Of a stretch of DNA of 64,000 nucleotides, positions 35,788 through 44,280 are shown piece by piece. The stretch is taken from assembly GCA_965215195.1 (NCBI GenBank), contig CBDCDC010000002.1:256001-320000 (forward strand). Direction: 5' to 3'. Within the stretch, counting starts at the first letter, position 1. Every line of letters begins with the position of its first letter. The translations under genes and the position numbers were made by a program. The stretch is from Candidatus Latescibacterota bacterium. GTDB taxonomy: Bacteria > Latescibacterota > UBA2968 > UBA8231. The notes beneath the pieces were generated by a model that did no database searches, was not told the origin of the DNA, and saw only the letters and a program-made list of their open reading frames with translations.

Positions 35788-37150
35788 GCGGGTCCAGCAG
35801 GCGGCCCAGTTGTCCCACCAAGTAAAGCGGCAGCGAGAGCAAGGTCATTTCCACGGTCTGCCGCGTTCCGCTCACTTGGTGCCGGATGGGCTGGACGGTG
35901 GGCGGATTGAGGTCGAAGCGCACCGCGAGGCGCGTCCCTTTGGCCAAGGCGAACTGGTGCAGCGAGCGCAGGGTGCCGCTGGTGCCCGCTTTGACTTCGA
36001 CCGGCACGATCCAAGCCCCCCGGGCAATCGCGTAATCGACTTCGGCGTTGGCACTTTTCCCTTCCCGCAGCCAGTAGTTCAGACGGGGCGTCTCCCGACC
36101 CTCTTCCAAGTAGAGTAGGTGTTGACCGACGAACTGTTCGGCCAAGGCACCTTCATTGACCAGCCGGCGGTCGTCCAAGTCTTTCAGAGCCAGCCAGTCT
36201 AGGCCGCACAGCCGATTCATCAAGCCGATGTCCAAAAACAGGAGTTTGTAGGTCTTCCAATCGACATCGGCGTGGATAGGCACCCCGGAACAGGCACTGT
36301 GGAAGACGGGCGCAATGACCCGGGCCTTGGCTAGCAAGTCAATGGCGGCTCGCAGTTCGCGGGCGGTCTCCTCGCGGTGGATCTGGGTGTATTTGACTTT
36401 GCGGCCCACGGCTCGGGGAACGTAGTTGAAGACTCGTTGCAAGCGCAGCCGGACTCGAGCGGAGGCGTACTTGGCAAAATCGTCTTGGTAGGTATCGACG
36501 ATGGACTGATGCACGGGTCTCACGTCGGCAAAGCAGCGGGTAGAGCTATACGCGGCTACGGCTTCGGGCATACCACCTACCAGCAAGTATTCCCGCTGAT
36601 AGGCCGCCAAGCGGGTGTGGGCGGTATGGGGTAGGGGATGCTCAAAGGTGTAGTTTTGCAGATAGGCCAAGAGGGGCGGGTCCAGTTCGGCGAGAAATTC
36701 TTCAAAGCTCATCGGGCCTAGATGGAAGTATTGAATGCGCCCTACCGGCATGGTAAAAGCGTGTTGCGAGAGGACGAATTCGAGCAGGGAGCCAGCGGCG
36801 ATAACCGGCAGTTCGGGGTGGTCTTCCCAGAAATAGCGCAGGGCGGGCAAGGCGTGGGGGGTAGCTTGGATTTCGTCGAGGAAGAGTATGCTGCCCGATG
36901 CCAACAGTGGTTGCCCCAGCAGCCCTTCGAGTTCCCAGCGGATGCGCGTCAGGTCCAAGGTCTGAAAGACGGACTCTAGGACTGGGTGGCGTTCGAGGTT
37001 GATTTCGTTGAGGTGCAGGCGATGGGACTGGGCGAATTGCCGCACTAGAGTGGATTTGCCCACTTGGCGCGCACCGCGGATGACCAGCGGTTTTCGCGGT
37101 GGGGCGGCAAACCACTGGGCCAGAGCGCGTTCAGCCGATCTATACATCAT
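35771..37150 (-). CDS. AAA+ ATPase with DUF4143 domain
   Basis: GARQVGKST, LFLDEIQ, AAGSLL, GPMSFEEFL, VGGMPEAV, K..F.DIGL and EVDY..PVEVKAG. Confidence 0.9.
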   Translation of the reverse strand: MMYRSAERALAQWFAAPPRKPLVIRGARQVGKSTLVRQFAQSHRLHLNEINLERHPVLESVFQTLDLTRIRWELEGLLGQPLLASGSILFLDEIQATPHALPALRYFWEDHPELPVIAAGSLLEFVLSQHAFTMPVGRIQYFHLGPMSFEEFLAELDPPLLAYLQNYTFEHPLPHTAHTRLAAYQREYLLVGGMPEAVAAYSSTRCFADVRPVHQSIVDTYQDDFAKYASARVRLRLQRVFNYVPRAVGRKVKYTQIHREETARELRAAIDLLAKARVIAPVFHSACSGVPIHADVDWKTYKLLFLDIGLMNRLCGLDWLALKDLDDRRLVNEGALAEQFVGQHLLYLEEGRETPRLNYWLREGKSANAEVDYAIARGAWIVPVEVKAGTSGTLRSLHQFALAKGTRLAVRFDLNPPTVQPIRHQVSGTRQTVEMTLLSLPLYLVGQLGRLLDPLRPEQ

Positions 37151-37158
37151 AATAAATA

Positions 37159-37207
37159 AAAATGCTCCCTTTTTCGTACGTACAATGTATAAAAAAGGGG
37201 GCATTTT
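37159..37207. promoter_or_regulatory. Inverted repeat directly upstream of the AAA-DUF4143 gene
   Basis: AAAATGCTCCCTTTTT (37159-37174) and AAAAAGGGGGCATTTT (37192-37207), 15/16 complementary. Confidence 0.5.
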
Positions 37208-37485
37208 ACAAGCCTCGCGAGCCGCTTGTGGGGCGGTCAGTCGGCGACGGTTTCGTCCACGGCGACGCCCATTGGTTGGCGGTGCATCCTCCATAGCCCT
37301 GTTGTGAGAATCACTAACGCTGCTCATATTTCTGTAATACCCATTTGATGCGATGGCCGGCCAAAGGGCGAGTAGCAAATGACGCATTCCTTTGACCGGC
37401 CAGAAGAGGTGCTTTCGTCGGTGTGGAAAGACTCCGATCATTTCACCGAGGAATTGCGATTTGCAATTCCAAGGAGCTCTAAGAC

Positions 37486-37701
37486 ATGAACCCCAAAAAG
37501 CGTCCAAACCATAGATTGTATATTGAGACTCTGCGCAAAATGACCCCTGAACAGAGGCTACTAAAGGCGTTTGAGCTTTCTTCTTTTGCTAAGCAACTTT
37601 TTATTCATGGGTTGAGAAAGAGATTCCCCGATGTTTCGGCGGTAGAGTTTGCTCAAATTCTCAAGGATCGTCTGGATAAATGTCACAACAGGAACTACTG
37701 A
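37486..37701 (+). CDS. Small helical protein, putative antitoxin or partner of the nucleotidyltransferase
   Basis: AAGGAG RBS; LRKMTPEQRLLKAFELS..GLRKRFPD; overlaps the next gene. Confidence 0.65.
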   Translation: MNPKKRPNHRLYIETLRKMTPEQRLLKAFELSSFAKQLFIHGLRKRFPDVSAVEFAQILKDRLDKCHNRNY

Positions 37702-38246
37702 AAGAGGTCGTCGAAACGCTTGACCAGAACGGCATTGACTATATGCTAACGGGTTCTGTGGTTTCGAGTTTGCAAGGAGAGCCGCGATCGACTCATGATA
37801 TCGATGTGGTAGTTGCCATGCAAGAAACCGACATCGAGAAGCTGATTGACGCCTTTCTTCCTCCCATCTACTATCTCGATGCAGAATCTATACGAGAAGC
37901 CATATCCCACAGGTCAATGTTCAACCTGATAAATGTAGTAGAGGGAGATAAAGTTGACTTTTGGATTTTGACCGAGCAAGCGTTCGATCAGTCGCGTTTT
38001 GCGCGCAAGTATGTAGAAGACGTGTGGGGGATGAGACTACAAATGTCCAGTCCCGAAGATACGATTCTCGCCAAATTACATTGGGCCGTGAAGGCGGGAG
38101 GAAGTGAGAAGCAGTTGACAGATGCCTTGCGTATCTTTGAAGTCCAATGCGGCAGTTTGGACTTGGATTATCTGAATAGATGGGCCATCGCTCTGGGTGT
38201 TGAGGAAATGTGGAAACGCCTGCAAGAGGAGGCCGAAATCCTCTAG
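37680..38246 (+). CDS. Pol-beta-like nucleotidyltransferase (AbiEii/MenT-like)
   Basis: YMLTGS....GEPRSTHDIDVVV, KVDFW and SPEDTILAKL.W....SEKQ..D. Confidence 0.75.
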   Translation: MSQQELLKEVVETLDQNGIDYMLTGSVVSSLQGEPRSTHDIDVVVAMQETDIEKLIDAFLPPIYYLDAESIREAISHRSMFNLINVVEGDKVDFWILTEQAFDQSRFARKYVEDVWGMRLQMSSPEDTILAKLHWAVKAGGSEKQLTDALRIFEVQCGSLDLDYLNRWAIALGVEEMWKRLQEEAEIL

Positions 38247-38420
38247 AAAGGAGACTCTTAAGGAGGCGATTGATGGTGCCCCGTTACTTGGCCAACTGAC
38301 GTCAGGAATTGGCAGCGCTCTCGGCGTTCTTCGTGCCTCAAATCGGGACTTTCTGGATCTGTGGCACTTACGAGGTTCTTCAGAAAGGTTCTTCAGAAAT
38401 AGTCAAGAGTTGATAGTTAA

Positions 38421-41060
38421 ATGAACGAAGCCAGTGCCCGAGTCAAAATCAATCGGCTGCTTGAGGCGGCTGGGTGGCGGCTTTCTGTCGAAGGCGGCAA
38501 GCCGGCCAATGTTTGCCTTGAGTTGGGCGTTCCCATCAAGACGGCTGAGATCGACGCTTTGGGCGATAACTTTGAGAAGACGAGTAAGGGGTTTATCGAC
38601 TTTTTGCTGATTGACGAGGGGGGGGTTTCCGCTCATTGTGCTGGAGGCCAAGTCGGAGGACAAGGAGCCGCTGGTCGGCAAGGAGCAGGCGCGGCGGTAT
38701 GCGCGTTCGCAGAATTGCCGCTTTGTCATCTTGTCCAATGGCAACTTGCACTACTTCTGGGATTTGGAGCGCGGCAATCCGCATATCATTACGGCGTTTC
38801 CGACGCCGGATTCGGTGCAGGGGTACAAGCGGGTCATTCCGCAGCGTCAGCGGCTCGTGGAGGAGCGGGTCGGCGACGACTATATCGTGCTCACCCAGCG
38901 GCCCAACTATGCGGCGGAAGCCGCTTGGCAGAACGAAGACGAGCGCCCCGGCTACATCCAAGCCCACCATTTGCGCTTTTTGCGTCCCTATCAGTTGAAG
39001 GCACTCCACGCGCTTCAGCGGGCGGTGCGCGACGGCAAGGATCGCTTTTTGTTCGAGATGGCCACGGGCACGGGCAAGACCTTCACGGCCGCTGCGGTCA
39101 TCAAGCTGTTTCTCCGCTCGGGCAATGCCGGGCGCGTACTCTTTTTGGTCGATCGGCTCGAACTGGAGGACCAAGCCAGAAAAGTTTTCGTTGCGCTGCT
39201 CTCGTCCGACTTTCAGACGGTCATCTACAAGGAGAGCCGCGACGACTGGCGGCGCGCCGAAATCGTGGTCAGCACGGTGCAATCCCTGCTGTTCAACAAC
39301 AAGTACCAGTCGCTTTTCTCGCCTACGGACTTCGACTTGGTAACTGACGTTACGCAGTTTTCCAGAAAATTCTCAATTTCACCCCAATATCTTGGGTCAA
39401 CAGTCTTCGATAAACCACAAGATAGAGAGCAACTGCGTAACGTCAGTTGGTAATTTCCGACGAGGCGCATCGCTCCATTGGCGGCAATGCCCGCGCAGTG
39501 TTCGACTATTTCGTGGGGTACAAGCTCGGGTTGACGGCGACGCCCCGCGACTATCTGCGCGGGTTTGAGACGGGGAGCCGCGACCCGCGAGCCTTTGAGC
39601 GTCGGCTGCTGCGCGACACGTACCGCACCTTTGGGTGCGAGAGTGGGGCACCGACCTTCCGCTATTCGCTGTTGGATGGGGCGCGGGATGGGGTGCTCAT
39701 CAATCCGACAGTGGTCGATGCCCGCACCGATGTTACTACGCAGCTTCTGTCCGATGAGGGGTTTATTGTTTCGTACACGGACGAGGCGACTGGCGTGGAT
39801 CAGGAAGAAGCCTTTGAGAAGCGCGAGTTTGAGCGGGCGTTTTTCTCCGAGGCGACCAACGCGCTCTTTTGCCAGACGTTTTTGGAAAACGCTCTGTGCG
39901 ACCCGATCAGCGGCGAAATCGGCAAGTCCATTGTGTTTGCCGTCAGCCAGCGGCACGCGGCCCGGTTGGCGCAAATGCTCAACGAGATGGCGGACCGCCT
40001 GTTTCCCGGCCAGTACCAGTCGGACTTTGCCGTGCAGGTTACGTCGCAGGTGCAGGACGCCTATCAGTTCACCATCAATTTTGCCAATAACCATTTGCTC
40101 GGCGCGGGCAATTTCCTCGCCGAATATCGCACGAGCAAGGCCCGCGTCTGCGTAACGGTCAGCATGATGACGACCGGGTACGACTGCCCGGACATCCTCA
40201 ACCTCGGCCTGTTTCGGCCCATCTTTTCGCCGACGGACTTCATTCAGATCAAGGGGCGCGGCACTCGGCCGCACAACTTTCTCGGCGCGCTTTTGGACGA
40301 CGGCCTCAAGGACCGGGTCGCAGAGCCGGAGAAGACGGCGTTCAAGCTCTTCGACTTCTTTGGCAACTGCGAATACTTTGAGGATGAGTTCAACTACGAC
40401 GAGGTGTTGAAATTGCCCCGGTCACAGGGCGATGATCGCATTGGGGAAGGCGTCAATGAGCGGGCTATTTATTTTGGGGCCTACGAGCACTTGGGGACGG
40501 ACGCGCTCGTGGGGGTTCGGGAGGAGCGCATTGGGCTAAAGGGGATGCGGATCAACCGCATGTTCTTTGACCGCTTTGCCGAAACAGTGCGCGGGGATGA
40601 GACTGTTGCAGCGGCTGTCGAGGCCGGGCAGTGGGACCGGGTCTTCGAGTACGTCAACGGGGAGGTGTTCAACAAGCCAGAGGATTACTACACTTTGGAC
40701 AAGTTGCGCCGCGCCGCTGCGGTGGACCGCCGCCTGAGCCTACGCGAGATTTTGGAAAAGGTGTTTGACCTCATTCCGCGCTTTAAGTCGAAGGATGAGT
40801 TGTTGGAAGAGGAGTTCGCCAAGTTCGTCGCCGATCACGAGCCGGCTGAGGCCGAGGCCATCGCGGCGATCAAGGCGTACTTCAAGGCATACACCACCAG
40901 CGGCGGGACGCGGGACATCATTGACGGGCGGCACTTTCCGGATCTGGCAACCAACGCGGCCTTTTCCCTGAACGACTTTCGTGCGGTGCCGGCGGAGTAC
41001 CGCGTTCTCATTCCTGAATACGTCAAGGATTATGTATCATTGAACCAGTTCACGGCTTGA
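38421..41060 (+). pseudogene. hsdR: Type I restriction enzyme R subunit, disrupted by a +1 G-tract frameshift and a MITE insertion
   Basis: IDFLL..IVLEAK..QA..YA nuclease, MATGTGKT, DEAH, GLTATP, MMTTGYDCP and QIKGRGTR; removing one G and 110 bp gives a single 842-aa frame. Confidence 0.85.
39344..39446. mobile_element. 103-bp MITE with 16-bp terminal inverted repeats and a 7-bp target-site duplication
   Basis: CTGACGTTACGCAGTT ... AACTGCGTAACGTCAG flanked by TTGGTAA at 39337-39343 and 39447-39453. Confidence 0.9.
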
Positions 41061-41089
41061 TCTGGGGATAATCCCACAAAGGGGAATCT

Positions 41090-41536
41090 ATGCTCGATGC
41101 CGCTACCAAACGCCGCATTGACACGGCCCGCGACATCCTCGTCGGCAAGGTGCCCGACCCCAAGAGCCAAGTGGAGCAGATTACCATTGCGCTCATCTAC
41201 AAGTTCATGGACGACATTGACGCTGCGAGCGAGGAGTTGGGCGGCGAGCGCACGTTCTTTGCCGGTGAGTTCGCTGGCTATGGCTGGGCCAAGCTGATGC
41301 GGGCCGGCTTGGGCGGCTACGAAATGTTGAACCTGTACGCGGAGGCCATTGCGCGGATGCCCGAAAACCCCGGCATTCCGCCGCTGTTCCGCAGCATTTT
41401 CAATCACGCTTATTTGCCGTACCGCGACCCGGAGACCCTGCGCGCCTTCCTCAAAATCATCGACGAGTTCACCTACGACCATTCCGAGCGGTTAGGCGAC
41501 GCGTACGAATATCTGCTCTCGGTCCTCCCTGAATAA
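41090..41536 (+). pseudogene. hsdM: N-terminal fragment of a type I N6-adenine methyltransferase
   Basis: VEQITIALIYKFMDD..ERLGDAYEYLLS, then a stop before the expected G.FxTP, DPxxG and NPPF motifs. Confidence 0.75.
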
Positions 41537-41825
41537 GCGCGTTCTGCCAAAGTTGTATGCCAATATCTTTCGTAGCAAACATTTCAATGATGCGATTCTG
41601 CGCCACATTAAAGGCGCACAACTTCCAAGAATAGGTTGGCAATCCTTTGCAAATATGAACATCCCTTTACCGCCGCTGGAGGTGCAGAAAAAGATCGTTG
41701 CGGAAATAGAGGGTGAGCAGGTGCTGGTGGCCGCTAACCGTAAGTTGATTGATCGATTTGAGAAGAAGATACGGGATGCGGTGGGGCGAGTGTGGGGCGA
41801 GAATGAAGCAAAAGGAACAGACTAA
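41526..41825 (+). pseudogene. hsdS: C-terminal fragment of an HsdS specificity domain
   Basis: VLPKLY..GAQLPRI...IPLPPLEVQKKIVAEIE; frame-shifted against the hsdM fragment. Confidence 0.7.
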
Positions 41826-41866
41826 CCTTAAAAACTGGAACATTTCAGAACAACCGACAGGGATAA

Positions 41867-43573
41867 CTACAAATCCGCAGAAGACGATTTTCGCCTCTCA
41901 TAATCATCCAAGACCGCTGTAATTCGATCTAACAATTCTCTAAATCTTGAAAAATCAATTTTATCAGCATTTGGTATGACTACCTTTTTAGCAAAAACAG
42001 TCTTTCCGTACATATCGTCCGTATTATGTTCTTTTGAAGGATCAAACTTTTTTCCATCTATGGTAGTTTCAAGTAAATTTGGATCAAACAGATCTTCGAT
42101 ACAGGACTTGGAATCTGCACCGTTTTCTGGCGTCTTCACAAGGTAAAGGTTAGCTTGAAGATGATAGAATGGTTCGGAGGTTTTGAGTGAGATATCAGGT
42201 ACACCAATTTTTTTTGCGGTGCTGAAGACACTTTTTGCTCCGTCATCATTGTCGATCAGAAGAACCGCTGGATGGGCAAGCGGTTTAAATTTGAACGAGT
42301 TGATAGTCTTATTGTAGGTCGAGATAAAGTAGTTGAGATTGCCAGTGCCGCCGCCAAGCTGAAGTATTTCTTTAATTGAGCCTGAATCTCTAAGGAAGCG
42401 GACGGCACTTGAAAACTTGCCGTTGACAAATCTACCTAGTCGTGGATAATAATCTATCAATTTCGTGATCGCGGGACGTAAATAGATAGGGTCGGTTTTT
42501 CCTTCTGTCACGATCAATGGTTTTTCTATTGCCACAAAATACTTGTAGAACAGAAATCTTCTATACAATTTCCGAATCGCGAGCGAATCTTTCTTTTTAT
42601 CCGTTTCTGATCTTATATCAGCACTATCTTTTATGTAATGTATGTGGCTGAGAATGCCCTCGATTTTGTCTAGGCTTTCCACAGGACTCTCGATATCGGA
42701 TATGTAATAGCTTCCGGTCGAGAACAGTCGATTGCAGAGCGCACGTGCGGTCCGATAGTATTCGGCTCTGATGTTGACTTTTTTGTTGACTATCAGACCG
42801 GTCGTCTCTTGCCTCGACCCACGTAGCTGCATTCGTGTTTTGTCGTTATTTACCTTGAAACCAGCCTCTTGTATCTCTCTTACTAAAGGCGATCCGAGGT
42901 CCCAATGCTGAGGTTTTTCAGGGTTTTGTTTTGCTAAAGCTAGGGGGAAATCCTTTAGGTTCGTGGAAAAAGTGATGTCGTCGGCATAGCGCGAATAGGT
43001 ACATTTGTTTTTTTTGGCAAATCGAGCGAGGCGCACATCAAGCAGATGTCCAAGCAAGTTTGAGATGATCGGGGAACACGGACTGCCCTGCGGTAACCCG
43101 TTATTATGACACGCAATTTGCGCAATGACTGTTGCTACTTTCTCATTTAACTCAAAACGCTTATCCTTTATAAAGAGGCCTCGAATACGCCCGAAATTGA
43201 ATGAAGGGAAAAAATCTTCAAGGTCCAAGTTCAGCACATAGCGACGGTTTTTATGTACGGAAGCGTTGGTGAAAATTGAGCAGGAGTGTGTAAAACCGTG
43301 AGCGAGTGGGCGGCGTGATGGGGCACATTTCTCAACTTCGGAGACGCACCCGTAGAGTACGTTTGCTAATCGTCTCTGTAGCATTTTCAGCCGAGGTTCG
43401 GGCGCGTTAATTAGTCGCTTACCACCGTTACGTTTTGGGATTTCAAAGGAGTGGTACTTTTCTGCTTCTGGTAGAATATACAGTAGATATGAAACTGTTT
43501 TAGGTTTTACACCGAGGGTATGTGCGATATCCTTAAGTGTTTGAGCCTTCCGAATACTCTCCAAATAGTTCAT
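41867..43573 (-). CDS. Retron reverse transcriptase fused to a C-terminal TOPRIM effector (Ec67/Eco2-like)
   Basis: IPKRNGGKRLINAP, region X NASVH, DLEDFFPS, LPQGSPCSP, YSRYADD and region Y ETTG; TOPRIM VTEGKTD, IDND and IEDLF; AT-rich. Confidence 0.92.
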   Translation of the reverse strand: MNYLESIRKAQTLKDIAHTLGVKPKTVSYLLYILPEAEKYHSFEIPKRNGGKRLINAPEPRLKMLQRRLANVLYGCVSEVEKCAPSRRPLAHGFTHSCSIFTNASVHKNRRYVLNLDLEDFFPSFNFGRIRGLFIKDKRFELNEKVATVIAQIACHNNGLPQGSPCSPIISNLLGHLLDVRLARFAKKNKCTYSRYADDITFSTNLKDFPLALAKQNPEKPQHWDLGSPLVREIQEAGFKVNNDKTRMQLRGSRQETTGLIVNKKVNIRAEYYRTARALCNRLFSTGSYYISDIESPVESLDKIEGILSHIHYIKDSADIRSETDKKKDSLAIRKLYRRFLFYKYFVAIEKPLIVTEGKTDPIYLRPAITKLIDYYPRLGRFVNGKFSSAVRFLRDSGSIKEILQLGGGTGNLNYFISTYNKTINSFKFKPLAHPAVLLIDNDDGAKSVFSTAKKIGVPDISLKTSEPFYHLQANLYLVKTPENGADSKSCIEDLFDPNLLETTIDGKKFDPSKEHNTDDMYGKTVFAKKVVIPNADKIDFSRFRELLDRITAVLDDYERRKSSSADL

Positions 43574-43599
43574 TAGTCAATTGTCAATTATCAAGGAAA

Positions 43600-43741
43600 T
43601 GGCTTACAGGCACTCCTATGCGGGGAATATAGAATATAGTAGCGATAACTATATATCGCATTCAAAGATTGGATGGAGCAATAGCATCCTAACATCTTAT
43701 CTTATATCGCGATGCGCGATAACATTTCTGCCTGTAAGCCA
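43600..43741 (-). ncRNA. Retron msr-msd non-coding RNA
   Basis: Perfect 13-bp a1/a2 inverted repeat TGGCTTACAGGCA (43600-43612 and 43729-43741); unpaired G at 43728; internal hairpins TATCGCG/CGCGATA, GGATG/CATCC and ATATAGT/ACTATAT; 26 nt from the RT start. Confidence 0.88.
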
Positions 43742-43790
43742 AAAATAAGATAACAGGAAAACGCTGGGAAGTCAACTAAAGAAACTCCAA

Positions 43791-44168
43791 TTAGTCGGCG
43801 ACAGTTTCGCCCCCAGCGACGCCCGTTGGTTGGCGATGCATCCACATGTAGGTTTCTTCCAACAGGTCGCGCAGTTCCTCGGCAATCTCCGGGTGCGGAT
43901 CGCCGGCGAGAGCTTTGCGCACCAACTGCTCGGCCCGACGAAACTGGTTGCTGTTAAACGCCAGCCACCCGGCGCTCCGGTGCAGCACGGACCACGTTGG
44001 CTCAGCGCGCTCGTCGCGCTCATCCAGTGCTCTAATGGCCGCCAGTTCCAGTTCCAATGCTTGGGCATAAAGCTGCACGGCCTTTGCTTTATGGCCTCGT
44101 TCTCGTTCCAGAATGGCCGTTTCCACTAAGTCCATGGCTCGGTTGTGGGGGTTGTTAGCAGCACTCAT
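43791..44168 (-). CDS. Small TPR-like helical protein
   Basis: HNRAMDL..ALELELAA..EPTWSVLHRSA..AE.LV.KALAGDP.PEIAEELRDLL; probable ATG at 44168. Confidence 0.6.
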   Translation of the reverse strand: MSAANNPHNRAMDLVETAILERERGHKAKAVQLYAQALELELAAIRALDERDERAEPTWSVLHRSAGWLAFNSNQFRRAEQLVRKALAGDPHPEIAEELRDLLEETYMWMHRQPTGVAGGETVAD

Positions 44169-44280
44169 AAGACGTTCCGGAAAGAGGAAAATGGCATTAC
44201 AAATCGGTTCTGCGCCAAAGTGCCTTTGATTTGAATCTGTAATCACACATTGCCGGCTCTCTGTTTTTTGCTCCACGATC

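Noticed and set aside
41867-43573. RT as a group II intron, DGR or CRISPR-associated RT
   Set aside because: NAxxH, the TOPRIM fusion and the a1/a2-bounded RNA indicate a retron; no maturase domain, TR/VR pair or cas1 is visible
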